Shown piece after piece: positions 40,301 to 53,711 of a stretch of 64,000 nucleotides of DNA. The notes under the pieces were generated by a model. It saw only the letters and a list, made by a program, of their open reading frames with translations. It was not told the origin of the DNA and made no database searches. The DNA lies in assembly GCF_006345805.1 (NCBI RefSeq), contig NC_043013.1, forward strand, positions 51,584,001 through 51,648,000, written 5' to 3'. Every line of letters starts with the position of its first letter. The first letter of the stretch is position 1. The position numbers and the translations under genes are program-made. The stretch comes from Octopus sinensis. Taxonomy: Eukaryota.

Positions 40301-40332
40301 AACGAGAGGAGAAAATAAAGAATGTGTAATGG

Positions 40333-40382
<50 letters not shown>

Positions 40383-41257
40383 GTCAGTCTAGATGCCTAT
40401 CTACTTATCAATTCATCTATCTATATACTAACGGTCCTCCTGTCTATCTATATATTTATCTATCTATCTGTCTATCTATCTATCGGTCTATCTAGCCATG
40501 TATCTATCTATCTAGCTATCTATCCATCTTATGTCCATGGATTTATCTATTTATCTATTACTCTTCCTATCCATCTATCCCTCTATCCACCTATCTGTCT
40601 ATCTACCTACTTATCCATATGTTCATCTATTTTTCTATCCATTTATCTAATTATCCATCTATCTATCCCCAAGTCCATCTTCCTCCCTGTCTCTCCACAT
40701 ATCTGTCTGTCTGTGAACGACTACAATACAGAATAAGCGGTTTCTCTTTCCGTATATCAAACCATTTAAAATCTAGAGTAATAACAAACGCTGTAGGTCG
40801 ATAACCGCAAGGATTCTACGATTATATCATAGTATTAAAAACCAGTCACAACCATCTGATAACAGAACGGTTGGTCTGCTCAGACGTAAGTATATCAGTG
40901 CCAAGAGACATGAAGGCGAGACCGTCTTTACGTGACATGAAACGCCAAGATTCCAGCTGTAAAGAATAACGACACAGTCTCTGCTAATTCTTGACATTCA
41001 AGACCAGGAAATGTAACATTATGTAATACGAGACGAATATCTTATTAATGATATTTTGTAGATAACCCACATTTAAAATGTGTTACCAATATGACACGTG
41101 TATCGAAAAGATCTTTTAAATTTGACAGTGGCGGGGTGACGATGGATATATGTTAATATATGTGTGTTTGTGTGTGTGAGTGCTTGTGTGTATCGGTCTA
41201 TCATTGTGACAGTGTGTGTCTCTATGCGTGTGGGTGAGTGTATGTTTGTGCGTACGC

Positions 41258-41295
<38 letters not shown>

Positions 41296-41764
41296 GATAC
41301 ATGTATGCCAACATTTTTTTACATATACATATACGCGAGTAAATGAAAATTATAAAATGCACGCATGTACATATATATATACATATATATATATACATAT
41401 GTGTGTGCGTACGTATGTATAATTAAGTATGTGTAAACGTGTGTATATAAATCTTTGTGTATATGTATATGTGTATATGAATATTAGTGAAAACTTATTT
41501 GTGTATGTGTTTGTGTGTGTACGTGTGAATGATTTCGGTTACGAGCGTTTTCTGAGATACATCTGAAAAGCGGTGCCGAATTTTACAATTGTGTAAATAA
41601 TTAAAAATAATGTTTTTTTTTTAATAAGCTATAAGCTTGTAAAAAATATTATTATTAATATATATATATATATATATATCGATTCCATTACATCAATCTT
41701 CACCTACCTACCAAGGAGCAGTGGAGAAGTAAGCATAAACGATCGTTGACCTTTAGAAGAAGCT

Positions 41765-42161
41765 CTCCGTCGGTTACGACGACGAGGGTTCCGGTTGATC
41801 CGATCAACGGAACAGCCTGCTCGTGAAATTAACGTGTAAGTGGCTGAGCACTCCACAGACACGTGTACCCTTAACGTAGTTCTCGGGGATATTCAGCGTG
41901 ACACAGAGAGTGACAAGGCCGGCCCTTTGAAATACAGGTACAACAGAAACAGGAAGTAAGAGTGAGAGAAAGTTGTGGTGAAAGAGTACAGCAGTGATCA
42001 CCACCATCCCCTGTCGGAGCCTCGTGGAGCTTTTAGGTGTTTTCGCTCAATAAACACTCACAACGCCCGGTCTGGGAATCGAAACTACGATCTGGGAATC
42101 GAAACTACGATCCTACGACCGCGAGTCCGATACCCTAACCACTGGGCCATTGCGCCTCCAC
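41765..42161 (-). mobile_element. SINE family C
   Basis: Matches 54810-55192; internal 20-bp duplication TCTGGGAATCGAAACTACGA. Confidence 0.88.
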
Positions 42162-42214
42162 GATCGTTGACCTACATAAAACACCCAACACACTCTATCT
42201 ATCATATTCTTTTA

Positions 42215-42577
42215 TACTCTAGACACAAGGCCCGAAATTTTGAAGGAGGAGACCAGTCGATTAGATAGATCCCCAGTACGCAATTGGTACTTCATCTATC
42301 GACCCCGGAACGATGGAAAGGAAAGTCGACCTCGGCGGAATTTAAACTCTGAACGTAAAGAAGGCGAAATATCAATTTTTTGACTACTCACAAAGGGCTA
42401 AACACAGAGGAGACAAACAAGGACAGACAAACGGATTAAGTTGATTATATCGACCCCAGTGCGTAACTGGTACTTATTTAATCGACCCCGGCGGAATTTG
42501 AACTCAGAACGTAACGGCAGACGAAATACTGCTAAGCATTTCGCCCGGCGTGCTAACGTTTCTGCCAGCTCGCCGCT
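42215..42577 (-). mobile_element. SINE family B copies
   Basis: Reverse complement of the head GGCGAGCTGGCAGAAACGTTAGCACGCCGGGCGAAATGC. Confidence 0.85.
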
Positions 42578-42653
42578 TTACTCTGTCTACCATATTAATC
42601 ACTATATATATATATATACACATACATACATACATACATACATACATACATAC

Positions 42654-42838
42654 ATCATCATCATCATCCTAGTCAGGTGTCACACTCTGCGATGCTCTGG
42701 TCATCACGATGTCTTGCCACCTTCTCCTGTCCTCTACCCCATGGTCAGCTGAGAATAAAGACAATCCTGTGGCTGCGATGTCTTTCAACCAAGACGTGGG
42801 TGGTCTGCCTCTTTCACGTCTGCCGTTCACCCTGGTTA
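42654..42838 (-). mobile_element. 3' end of an RTE-clade LINE
   Basis: GRRERGRPPTSWLKDI...EDRRRWQDIV matches the RTE C-terminus; (GAT)n tail. Confidence 0.75.
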
Positions 42839-42869
42839 TGTTTTGTATATATATATTATACATATATAT

Positions 42870-42924
<55 letters not shown>

Positions 42925-42933
<9 letters not shown>

Positions 42934-43252
42934 TCAACTTGTATGTCTGTGTGTGTATCTGTGTGTGTGTCTGTGTGTTAACTTCCCGGCACATCTCCTC
43001 CTAGTCAACAAATCGAAAAACCACAAAAAATGGGTCACTTAAAGTTTAGGCGAATGAAAATTGAACTGCGCTATTTCTGTTCCGAAAGTGCAAAAAACGA
43101 TAATGTGTTTGTTTAGGCCTTATCCCATGCATTGAATAGTGAACTTTACTCAGTCAGCTGTTTGACGTGAACTGTGTTCACCACGCGTGCAAGCATGCGT
43201 AAATTGCATGAAAACTAAAAAATCAAGATATAAAAACGGGCAATACTGCTAG
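42925..43252 (+). mobile_element. Non-autonomous Helitron-like element
   Basis: 5' TATAAAACTCAACTTGTATGTCTGTG; 3' CGGGCAATACTGCTAG; inserted in (TA)n. Confidence 0.55.
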
Positions 43253-43264
43253 TATATATATATA

Positions 43265-43315
<51 letters not shown>

Positions 43316-43875
43316 GTGTGCGTATGTTATACATTCACATATTAGTAGAACACCAAATTTCTGGACATCTATGATTCAGAATCTCTTATAATCCGCACTA
43401 ATTTACAAGCAGAGAAGTGAAATTACCGCAGCCGCCATATTTGTTTACTATTACCTCATACAGACTGGTATCCTACGCAATACAATATTAATAAACTTGT
43501 ATTATTTATACTAATGTACACGTACTTGTATTTCATTGAATTACTTCAATAAATTTAATATTTGTTTAGTTTAGGATATATTTATTAACATGACCATCCT
43601 CGGTTCGGTAAAATCAATAATCCGGAAAGGTTTGGGAGTAAAAAGTTTTGGAAAATGGATGTTTCACCTGTAAACATACATATATACATACAGCATGTGA
43701 CTACCTCCTGGTTGAGTGTCGCTTGTTCATTTGCCTTCATATTTCTTTTTCAATTCGTGTCTTTACTTTCTGTAAAAGAATGTATGCTCGAGACGTAAAG
43801 AACCTCTTTATTGAGAGCAAGCCTAATATAGTCTCTTTCTTAGCACGTGGTCGAGACTTAATATTTCTCGACCTC

Positions 43876-43925
<50 letters not shown>

Positions 43926-44084
43926 AGAGAGAGAGAAGAAGAGAGAGAGAGAAAGAGATAGATAGATAGATAGATTGATTGATAGATAGATGTGCGTGTA
44001 TAGGTATATGTATATATGTGTGTGTCTGTGTGTGTATGTGTGTGTATGTGTGTGTGTGTGTATGTGTGTGTGTGCATCTTCTAT

Positions 44085-44425
44085 CTTCTACTTGCTCGAG
44101 TCATTAGACTGCGGTCATGCTGAGACACCGCCTTAAAGAACTTTTAGTTGAATGTTTCGACCATGGTACCGTTTTTGTTGTCTTTTTTAAGCTTGGTACT
44201 AGCTCAATCGTTCCTTTTGCGAGAACGGCTAAGTTACGGGGACGTAAACACACTAACACCGATTGGATGCGGTGTGTGCTTCCTTGTGGAGAGGTCATAC
44301 ACAGACACACAGATATATATGTACACATACACGACGGACTTTTCTCAGTTTCCGTCTACCAAAGACACTTGCCCAAGATACCAAGCAGTGAGAATGAAAC
44401 CGGAACCGTGTGGTGGAGAAGTAAG
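44085..44425 (-). mobile_element. Degenerate SINE family A
   Basis: AGACACTTGCCCAAG and tail motifs. Confidence 0.7.
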
Positions 44426-44537
44426 GTACGCCTTGACCCCCACCCCCACACTCGACAAACTCGGTATCTGTAAGAAACCTACGAAACTTTAAGCTGCGCG
44501 GGGCCTCAGTAAACGATTTTAAACAATAATAATACTA

Positions 44538-44571
<34 letters not shown>

Positions 44572-44665
44572 TCTTGTTGTAGTTGCAGTGATAGTAGTTG
44601 TTGTTGGTGGTGGTGGTGTAGTAGTAGAAATAGTAGTAGTAGTAGTTGTAGTAGTAGTAGTAGTT

Positions 44666-44696
<31 letters not shown>

Positions 44697-44770
44697 CAGT
44701 AGTTGTTGTTCATGTTTTAGTAGTAGTTGTTGTTGTTGTTGTAGTTGTGGTTGTTGTAGTGGTGGTGGTG

Positions 44771-44818
<48 letters not shown>

Positions 44819-45060
44819 GTAATAGTAGTTGTTGTTGTTGTTGTTGTTGTAGTAGTGATACCTATCTTAATATTTACCCTCATCCTCCTAATTAATTTGA
44901 TTCGCTTCCTTCATATACCCGATATACCGTTGCACCCGCTTTTCTACACTTTCTAACAATCTACCCTGAATGCCGTCCTCGTTTTCTCTCTTTCTTCTCA
45001 TCGTCTTCATATTTTATTTGCAATATTTTTCTTGGAGTTTTTTTCTTTTTTTGTCTTTTC

Positions 45061-45403
45061 CAGTTGATCCGATCAACGGAACAGCCTGCTCTGGAAATGA
45101 ACGTGTAAGTGGCTGAGCACTCAACAGACAAGTGTACCCTTAACGTAGTTCTCGGGGAGATTCAGCTTGACACAGAGTGGGACAAGGCTGGCCCTTTGAA
45201 ATACAGGTACAACAGAAACAGGAAGAAAGCGTGAGAGAAAGTTGTGATGAAAGAGTACAGCAGGGTTTGCCACCCCTGCCAGAGCTTCGTAGAGCTTTAG
45301 ATGTTTTCGCTCTATAAACATTCACAACGACCGGTCTGGGAAGCGAAACCGCGATCCTACGACTGCAAGTTCGCTGCCCAAACTATTGGGTCGTTGCGCC
45401 TCT
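45061..45403 (-). mobile_element. SINE family C
   Basis: Matches 54810-55192. Confidence 0.85.
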
Positions 45404-45492
45404 AGTTTTTGCTATATTTTAATTTATTTATGTTTTGATTGATTTATTTCTTTTCTTATTTATTTTCGGATGCCTTCACTTAATAAGTTTCA

Positions 45493-45585
45493 CATCGCTC
45501 CCATCTTGGCCTTATCCTGAGGACGGGTAGCCACTCAGAAACTCGAGTCCGTGTGTATCACATAATGTAAGAGATGGGAGCGATG
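45493..45585 (+). ncRNA. Type I hammerhead-like motif enclosed by a 14-bp perfect stem
   Basis: CTGAGGA (45517-45523), stem II GGGT agcc ACTC, GAAA, palindromic stem III ACTCGAGT, GUC site; CATCGCTCCCATCT/AGATGGGAGCGATG outer stem; proximal stem I imperfect. Confidence 0.6.
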
Positions 45586-45644
45586 ACCTCTCCTCACAAA
45601 TACTAATCGGACACAGAATGTGTGTCGCTAGTCAGCAGGAAGAG

Positions 45645-45954
45645 ATGTCTTTTCGTCTGTCGCTACGTTCTAAGTTCAAAATCCGCCGAGGTCGACTTTG
45701 CCTTTCATCCTTTCGAGGTCGATTAGATAACTACCAGTTACACACTGGGGTCGATATAATCGACTTAATCTGTCTGTCTGTCCTTGTTTGTCCCCTCTGT
45801 GTGTAGCCCCTTGTGGGTAGTAAAGAAATAAAATAAACGACAGTAGCACTATCCTTTATAGGACACCACTCTTGGTTGTCAATTATATGTTACGATTCCG
45901 TATTGCCACTGTTTATATCTCGCTCAGAGATTTAATATAGGATATATACACATA

Positions 45955-45990
<36 letters not shown>

Positions 45991-46161
45991 TATGTCTGTA
46001 TGTATGTACGTATGCATGTATACCTGTGTGTATATAAGTGTGTACGCATATATAATGGTGTTTGTGAAGACATACATGTGCATTTATACATATACATACA
46101 TACATACATACATACATACATACATACATTACATACATACATACATACATATATTATATAT

Positions 46162-46193
<32 letters not shown>

Positions 46194-46399
46194 GCATGTG
46201 TTTTAAACACCTACATACACGCACTCGTATATATTCACATGCTCATGCTTACGCACAGATATCCATTACATACACATAACTGGAATTTTGAGAAAGGAAA
46301 AAAATGTTCAAAGAATGAAGAGACAATTCGTGAATGAGTGTGGGGGTGTGCAAGTGTGTGAGTGTGCGCGTATGTGTTTACGTCTTCTTGCCAATGCAC

Positions 46400-46436
<37 letters not shown>

Positions 46437-48085
46437 AATATATATGTGTTCCTGTGCGCGTATGCATATATTTACATGTACGTTTATGTGTGCGTATATA
46501 TTATTTCCCCATGGATACTTGCATGTATGTTTGTTGAGTGTGTGTGTGTGTGTGTGTGTGTGTGTAAGTGTGCTTTAACAGCTGTGTTTGGTCACAGGAA
46601 TCAATTCTTCAGACTGACATCTCAAGTGTTTATCATATGCGAACTAAAATGCAGCTTAAAGTGATACTTTTCTCTCAACAACTGCCGCTCCACTCGATTA
46701 AGTAAACAATCTCGACTGACTCCGCTGTCTCACTATTGCTCTGTCCATCTGTCTGTCTGTGTGTCGCACTATCAACATGTCTGCCTTTCATTTAACTGCT
46801 ATCTGCTTGTCATTGTCCCAAACAACAGCCGTCAATGACTCTCTTTCAATCATATACAACAACTTTGTCCCAGGTCTTTATCAAACGATTACTATGTCTT
46901 CTCTATACTATTTTCTCTCGCTCCTCTGCTTTCTCGGTATCCAGGTTTCGTTACATGAAGGCGGCGAGCTGGCAGAATCGTTAGCGCGCCGGGCGAAATG
47001 CGTAGCCGTATTTCGTCTGCCGTTACGTTCTGAGTTCAAATTCCGCCGAGGGCGACTTTGCCTTTCATCGTTTCGGGGTCGATAAATTAAGTACCATTTA
47101 CGCACTGGGTCGATATAATCGACTTAATCCGTTTGTCTGTCTTTGTTTGTCCCCTCTGTGTTTAGCCCCTTGTGGATAGTAAAGAAATGGGTATCCAAGT
47201 TTCGTTACATGTTCTATTTGATCAATAGATTTCGTTTAGACAGCTCATTGCTCATACTGCTAATTAAACACACAGTTCCTACAATCGTGGAGGGATTAGT
47301 TATTTCTGCATATAACTTTCAATTTCCCGGTGGAAAGGGTAAGTCGATTACATCGACAGAAGTTTTTTAAATGCTACTTATGACATCGATCCGAATATTA
47401 TGAAAGTCGACGCCGGCGGCATTTGAACCCAGAACGTAAAGTCGGACGAAATACCGCTGAGCTGTAACGATTCTTATTTCTTTATTGCCCACAAAGGGGC
47501 TAAACATACAAGGGTTAAACAAGGACAGACAAAGAAATTTCATCGACCCCAGTGCGTAACTGGTACATTATTTATCGACCCCGAAAGGATGAAAGGCAAA
47601 GTCGACCTCGGCGGAATTTGAACTCAGAACGTAGCGGCTGACGTAATACCGCTAAGCATTTCGCCCGGCGTGCTAACGTTTCTTATTTCTTTGTTGCCCA
47701 CAACGGGCTAAACATAGAGGGAACAAACAAGGACTGACAAAGAGATTAAGTCGATTATATCGACCCCAGTGCCTAACCGGTACTTAATTTATCGACCCCG
47801 AAAGGATGAAAAGTAAAGTCGACCTCGACGGATTCTGCCGGCTCACCGCCTTAATTATTTCCACATACTAATTTCAAATTTTTGCACAAGGCCAGCAATT
47901 TCGGAAGAGATGGTATGGTGTGTCGATTACATCGACCTCAATGGTCAACTGTTACTGTCGACGTAGAAATGATAAAGGGTTAAAGTCGACACCGGACGCA
48001 TTTGGACACAGAATGCACAGTCGGAAAAATGCCGCTTAGCATTTATTCCGGTGTATTAACGATTCTACCCCCTTGCGACCTTAAT
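45645..48085. mobile_element. Multiple SINE family B copies (+ at 45645-45830 and 46958-47190; - cluster at 47320-48085)
   Basis: Family B head and domain motifs. Confidence 0.8.
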
Positions 48086-48210
48086 TTCTACATATAGGCG
48101 CAGGGGTGGCTAAGACGTTTGCTTCCCAACCACATGGTACCGGGTTCAGTCCCACTGCATGGCATCTTGTTATACAATAACATCTTGTATAACCTATAGT
48201 AAAACTTTGC

Positions 48211-48652
48211 GGATCTTTTCGGTTTGAACGGCAGTTTTTTTCTAGCGGTGTCATATGAAATTGTCACCCATAATTATGACCCTAGTATCGATCTATTGCA
48301 TTTCAATCCTTTTTAGGGTTAAGGTTAGTTAGGGTTAGGGTTAGGGTTATGGGTGGGGGGAAGGGTATCTTTTGTGCTTCACAAATGTAAATAAACCCAA
48401 TCTGTTTCTTAAACGAGGGACATATTCATACGGCACAGAATGTTTTTTACCTCAATAGACGCATTTGATTGGTTAAAATTGCAGAAATTGAAGAAAAAAA
48501 CAACAACAAATATCTTACAAGCTATAGAATTTTCTCAATAAAGCCAAGAGAAAAAGATGTTTTATAAACACATTCTACCAGTATAGGAAGTTTAAAATAT
48601 TTTAGTTACCTAGAAATTATGTTAAAAACTGCCGTTCAAACCGAAAATATCC
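48211..48652. mobile_element. MITE with 28-bp TIRs and internal (TTAGGG)n, nested in a family A SINE (48096-49472)
   Basis: GGATCTTTTCGGTTTGAACGGCAGTTTT / AAAACTGCCGTTCAAACCGAAAATATCC; flanks AACTTTGC and AACTTGTG. Confidence 0.85.
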
Positions 48653-48739
48653 AACTTGTGAATGGACTCAGTAGATGGAAACTAAAAGAAGCCCTTCGTA
48701 TATGTGTATATATATATATAATATATATATATATATATT

Positions 48740-49105
48740 CGTGACACTCCGTCGGTTACCACGACGAGGGTTCCAGTTGATCCGATCAACGGAACAGCCC
48801 GCTCGTGAATTTAAAGTGCAAGTGGCTGAGCACTCCACAGACCCGTGTACTCTGAACGTAGTTCTCGGGGAGATTCGGCGAGACACAGAGTGTGACAAGG
48901 CTGGCCCTTCGATATACAAGTACAACAGAAAAAGGGAGAAATAGTGAGAGAAAATTGTCGTGAAAGAGCACAGCAGGGTTCGCCACCAACTCCTGTCGGA
49001 GCTTCGTGGAGCTTCAGCTGTTTTCGCTCAATAAACACTCATAACGCCCTGTCTGGGAATCGAAACCGCGAGTCAGCTGCCCTAACCACTGGGCCATTGC
49101 GCCTC

Positions 49106-49108
<3 letters not shown>
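48740..49108 (-). mobile_element. SINE family C nested in the (TA)n of a family A SINE
   Basis: Matches 54810-55192. Confidence 0.85.
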
Positions 49109-49196
<88 letters not shown>

Positions 49197-50374
49197 TATA
49201 TATATACGTGTGTGTGTGCGTGTGTGTCTAAGTGTGTGTGTGTATGCCTCTGTGTGTGTGTGTCTGAGTTTGTACCCCACTACAGCTTGACAACCTATGT
49301 TGGTGTGTTTATCTCCCCCAATATGGCAGTTCGGCTAAATGGTTCCGATAGAATAAGTACCAGGCTTTAAAAATCTAATCTCTGTGGTCGATTCATTCAA
49401 CTAAATATCCTTGAAGAAGGTGCCCCAGCATAGCAGCAGTCTAATGCCTGAAACAAATACGAGATTAAAGATGAACGATACTAAATACAAAAAAACAGTC
49501 TGATTCTATTGTCTGGGACACGAATTAGTCGGGTTACACAAAATCAGTGTAATTCAAACGGTTATATGGTTATAGAAACACCTGGATTTGGCCTGTTTCC
49601 TGCTTTCATTTTTAAACAATGTAGTTTCTCCACTACCGCCAGCCTCTACTTGGTTACCAACAGAAAAATAATATACTTTTACGCTGTGAATGAGAGTCTA
49701 TTTCACAGCTCATAAGTTTGTGGTCTGTCTTAGTTCACAGTGACAAAATCTAATTTTTGTTTCCTTCTTTTCTTGTTTTTTTTTTTTAATATATTTCTCA
49801 CAGAATTAAGAAGCCAGCTTTACTAAATAGAGACAATGTCTGTTCTATATCACAAACATAAAATTCTATTTTAGATCACAGGATCAAGAAATCTGTTTTA
49901 TATCTCAGGCCTACAACGTCTATTATACAGCGATTTTACAATATTAGTTGTATCTATGATGGCGGCGAGCTGACAAAATCGTTCGCACAGCCGACAAAAT
50001 ACTTAACGGCATTCTGCCAGTCTTTCACATTCTGTGTTCAAATTTCGACGTGGTCGGCTCTGCGTTTCATCCTTTCGAGGTCGATAGAATAAGTGCCAGT
50101 TAAATACTGGAGTTGATGTAATCGACTTACACTTAAGTCCATATTAGTTGTATGTGTTATGTTTTTTTCTGGTAAACATTACCGGGTTGTAAACTTAATC
50201 TAGTTCACCTGCTTTTTTGATTATCCGTTCATTGTATTCTATTGTACTTTGTGGAATACTATTCACGGGATTAATGCAAACAATGAATTTCCTCTACCCT
50301 TTATCTGGATTTTGAGAGTACAGATACTTTCAAATTGCTGTTTCCCTGATTAAATGTGTGTGTGTGTAAAGATA

Positions 50375-50407
<33 letters not shown>

Positions 50408-50703
50408 CTTTTACATGTTTCAGTCATTTGACTGCGGCCATGCTGGAGCACCACCTTTAGTCGAACAAATCGACTCCAGGACTTATTCCTTGTAAGTCTA
50501 GTACTTATTCTATCGGTCGCTTTTGCTGAACCACTAGGTCACGGGGACTAAAACACACCGACGGTGGGGATAAAAACACAGACAACCAAATACATACATA
50601 TATACATACATCCATATATATATATATATGCCACGCAGTGGAACTGAACCCATAACCATGTGGTTGGGAAGGAAGCTTTTTCCCCACGGCCACTTCTGCG
50701 CCT
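50408..50703 (-). mobile_element. Internally deleted SINE family A
   Basis: Head and tail motifs are present, middle is missing. Confidence 0.75.
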
Positions 50704-50804
50704 ATATACATCGGTTAGGTAGGTACTATAAATTTAGGGTGAATACTTGATAAGTGAAAGCTCCTGTATACGCCAGCTAGTAGCAGAGGTGAGAGGGTAT
50801 AAGT

Positions 50805-51355
50805 ATCAAATGAAATCAAAAACAGAACCATAAAGGATGTCGCGGTACACGTGTTTCGAGTTTTATAAAACAACTTATTCTTACATCAATGTATAATCGA
50901 CATAACAGATAGTTTAAAGCTCTCTTCAACCGCATGCAATTGCTACACCAAAGACTTGTATCACATTATAAAAAATCCGAAAGGTATATTTGTTATTACC
51001 CATAATGATAGGTATATCGAGTCTCCCTGAGAAAGTATGTTTCTAAAGTATGGACAGATTTTCGAAGTCCAATGATACCCTACACACCTATTTGGTTATG
51101 AATGTTTACAAACATACTTTTTCAGGGAGACTTGATATATTTATCATTATGGGTAACACTAATTGTACCTTTCGGATTTTTCATAATGTGATGTAAATTT
51201 TTGGTATAACAATTGCATGCGGCTGAAGAGAGCTTTAAACCATCCTTTATGTCGATTATACAATGATGTAAGAATAGGTCGTTTATAAAGCTTGAAACAC
51301 GTGTACCACGACATCCTTTGTGTTCTGTTTTTGATTTCATTTGATTTCATTTGAT
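50805..51355. mobile_element. Head-to-head inverted pair of a hammerhead-bearing ~300-bp element (family 2)
   Basis: 50805-51047 is the diverged reverse complement of ~51104-51355; HHR on minus at 50842-50933 (core TTGAAGA) and on plus at 51219-51309. Confidence 0.85.
51219..51309 (+). ncRNA. Type I hammerhead ribozyme, extended stem II (family 2)
   Basis: GCGG-CTGAAGA-GAGCTTTA...TAAAGCTT-GAAA-cacgtg-TA-CCAC; palindromic stem III ACACGTGT. Confidence 0.78.
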
Positions 51356-51405
51356 ATATATATGTGTGGTGTGTGTGTGTGTGTGTGTGTTGTGTGTGTG
51401 TGTGT

Positions 51406-51714
51406 GCGGAGGCGCAATGGCCCAGTGGTAAGGGCAGCGGACGTGCGGTCGTACGATCGCGGTTTCGATTCCCAGACCGGGCGTTGTGTGTGTTTATTGA
51501 GCGAAAACACCTAAAAAAAGCTCCACGATGCTCCGGCAGGTGGGGTGGGGTGGCGATCCCTGATGTACTCTTTCACTACATTTTCTCCCACTCTTTCTTC
51601 TGTTGGCCTGCTCGCTTAGTCAGCGGGGTGGCGTCATTCGAAGGCTAAAACAATGGGAACGCATTGTGACCAGCGATGTGTAATAACATCTAATGGTCTG
51701 GTCGGTCACGTGAT

Positions 51715-51721
<7 letters not shown>
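51406..51721 (+). mobile_element. SINE family C head with GTCACGTGAT-type tail
   Basis: GGAGGCGCAATGGCCCAGTGG head; tail shared with 15165-15280. Confidence 0.8.
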
Positions 51722-51757
<36 letters not shown>

Positions 51758-51964
51758 TTAATTTAATATTTTTGGTAAGTTATTGCCTAGATCCATTTGC
51801 GCGGCGTACAATGTGTCATGAAGCATCTAAACAACTTGAGTTGAAAGAAAAAAAAACAGAATAATGAACTAATTATATCTTGCAATCAACAAGGATGTTT
51901 ATCCAGTACCATGCAAAATCGAAATCACCAGTGTTGCGATTTCAGTTTCACAGTAAAATCCATA

Positions 51965-52474
51965 TAATAATCCCTCGCCATATCGCGGTTCACCTGTCGC
52001 GATTTATTATTTAAACTTACGTCGTAAACTCCTTCGTGGTGTTGTTTTGCATTCATAATAAAATACATATATACAAATTATAAAAATAATTTTTTTAAAT
52101 ATTCAGTACAGCACTGGTTCTACTTCGCGGATTTTCACCTATCGCGGAGGGTTTGGGAACGTAACAACCGCGATAGCCGAGGGATTAGTGTATATTTATA
52201 TACAGGATGTCCATAAATTATCTTTACAGACTCTATACTTTGAAGCTTTATATTGTAAAGAGATTTGAAGGACACCCTATATACATAAATACCTAATCGT
52301 TCACCTATCGCGGTGTCAATTCCTCCATGGTGTTCCTTTGCAGAAAATAAATATTTACAAATTATAAAAGTAATCTTAAAAAATATACAGTACAGTACCG
52401 GTTCTACTTCGCAGATTTTCACCTATCGCGCCGGGTTTTGTAATGTAATACCCGCGATAGTCAAAAGATTACTG
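51965..52474. mobile_element. pogo/Tigger-like MITE (51965-52190), tiny mariner-like MITE (52203-52279) and a second partial pogo-like copy (52296-52474)
   Basis: TAATCCCTCGCCATATCGCGG / CCGCGATAGCCGAGGGATTAGTG; CAGGATGTCCATAAATTATCTTTACA / TGTAAAGAGATTTGAAGGACACCCTA; TA flanks. Confidence 0.65.
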
Positions 52475-52720
52475 TACATGGACTTAAATTTCATTCACGC
52501 ATCCATCGCAAATTGATGCAGCAATTTATTTTATTTTTAAACCTTTAAGAAAATCTTTTCATTGAAACACTCATACGTCGAAAAGGTGAGTGGCCATCAT
52601 ATTAACATATACGTATGTGTGTGTATAGTATATATGTCAATATATAAGCTTCCATTCCAAGCTATGAATACTCTCCTTAAGAGATAAGGAAGAAGCTTTT
52701 CACATACTCACATGGATATG

Positions 52721-52799
<79 letters not shown>

Positions 52800-52811
52800 A
52801 TATATATATAT

Positions 52812-53026
52812 ACTCTTACTCTTTACTCTTTTACTTGTTTCAGTCATTTGACTGCGGCCATGCTGGAGCACCGCCTTTTAGTCGAGCAACTCGACCCCGG
52901 GACTTATTCTTTTTGTAAGCCCAGTACTTATTCTATCGGTCTCTTTTTGCCGAACCGCTAAGTGACGGGGACGTAAACACACCAGCATCGGTTGTCAAGC
53001 AATGCTAGGGGAACAAACACAGACAC

Positions 53027-53059
<33 letters not shown>

Positions 53060-53229
53060 CATATATACGACAGGCTTCTTTCAGTTTCCGTCTACCAAAT
53101 CCACTCACAAGGCATTGGTCGGCCCGGGGCTATAGCAGAAGACACTTGCCCAAGATGCCACGCAGTGGGATTGAACCCGGACCATGTGGTTGGTTAGCAA
53201 GCTACTTACCACACAGCCACTCCTGCGCC
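52812..53229 (-). mobile_element. SINE family A, full length
   Basis: Near-identical to 56592-56980. Confidence 0.92.
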
Positions 53230-53331
53230 TATATATATATATTATATATATATATATATATGTAGGTCCCGGTTAGTCGGGGTTAACCACAGTAAATAAG
53301 GTACTCAATACATAGAAGCTCCTTCTATAAA

Positions 53332-53383
<52 letters not shown>

Positions 53384-53586
53384 ATATATATATATATTGA
53401 GTGAGAGAAAACGGTATGGACGGTTTTTGGAGTCCAATAATATCCTGTACACCTATTTGATTATGGAGATTTACAAACATACTTTCTCAGTGATACTCAG
53501 TGTTTACCTACCATTATAAATAATACCAAATGTTCTTTCTCAGACCTTTCATAATGTGATACAAGTCTTTGGTGTAGCAATTGCAT

Positions 53587-53679
53587 GCGGCTGAAGAGGG
53601 CTTTTTAAACTATCTGTTATATCGATTATACATTGATGTAAGAATAAGTTGTTTTATAAGCTCGAAACATGTGTACCGC
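53587..53679 (+). ncRNA. Type I hammerhead ribozyme, family 2 solo copy (element 53398-53715, in (TA)n)
   Basis: GCGG-CTGAAGA-GGGCT...AGCTC-GAAA-catgtg-TA-CCGC. Confidence 0.78.
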
Positions 53680-53711
53680 GACATCCTTTGTGTTCTGCTT
53701 TTTATTTCATT

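Noticed and set aside
40797-40960. Splice-like signals on both strands
   Set aside because: No recognisable reading frame or homology
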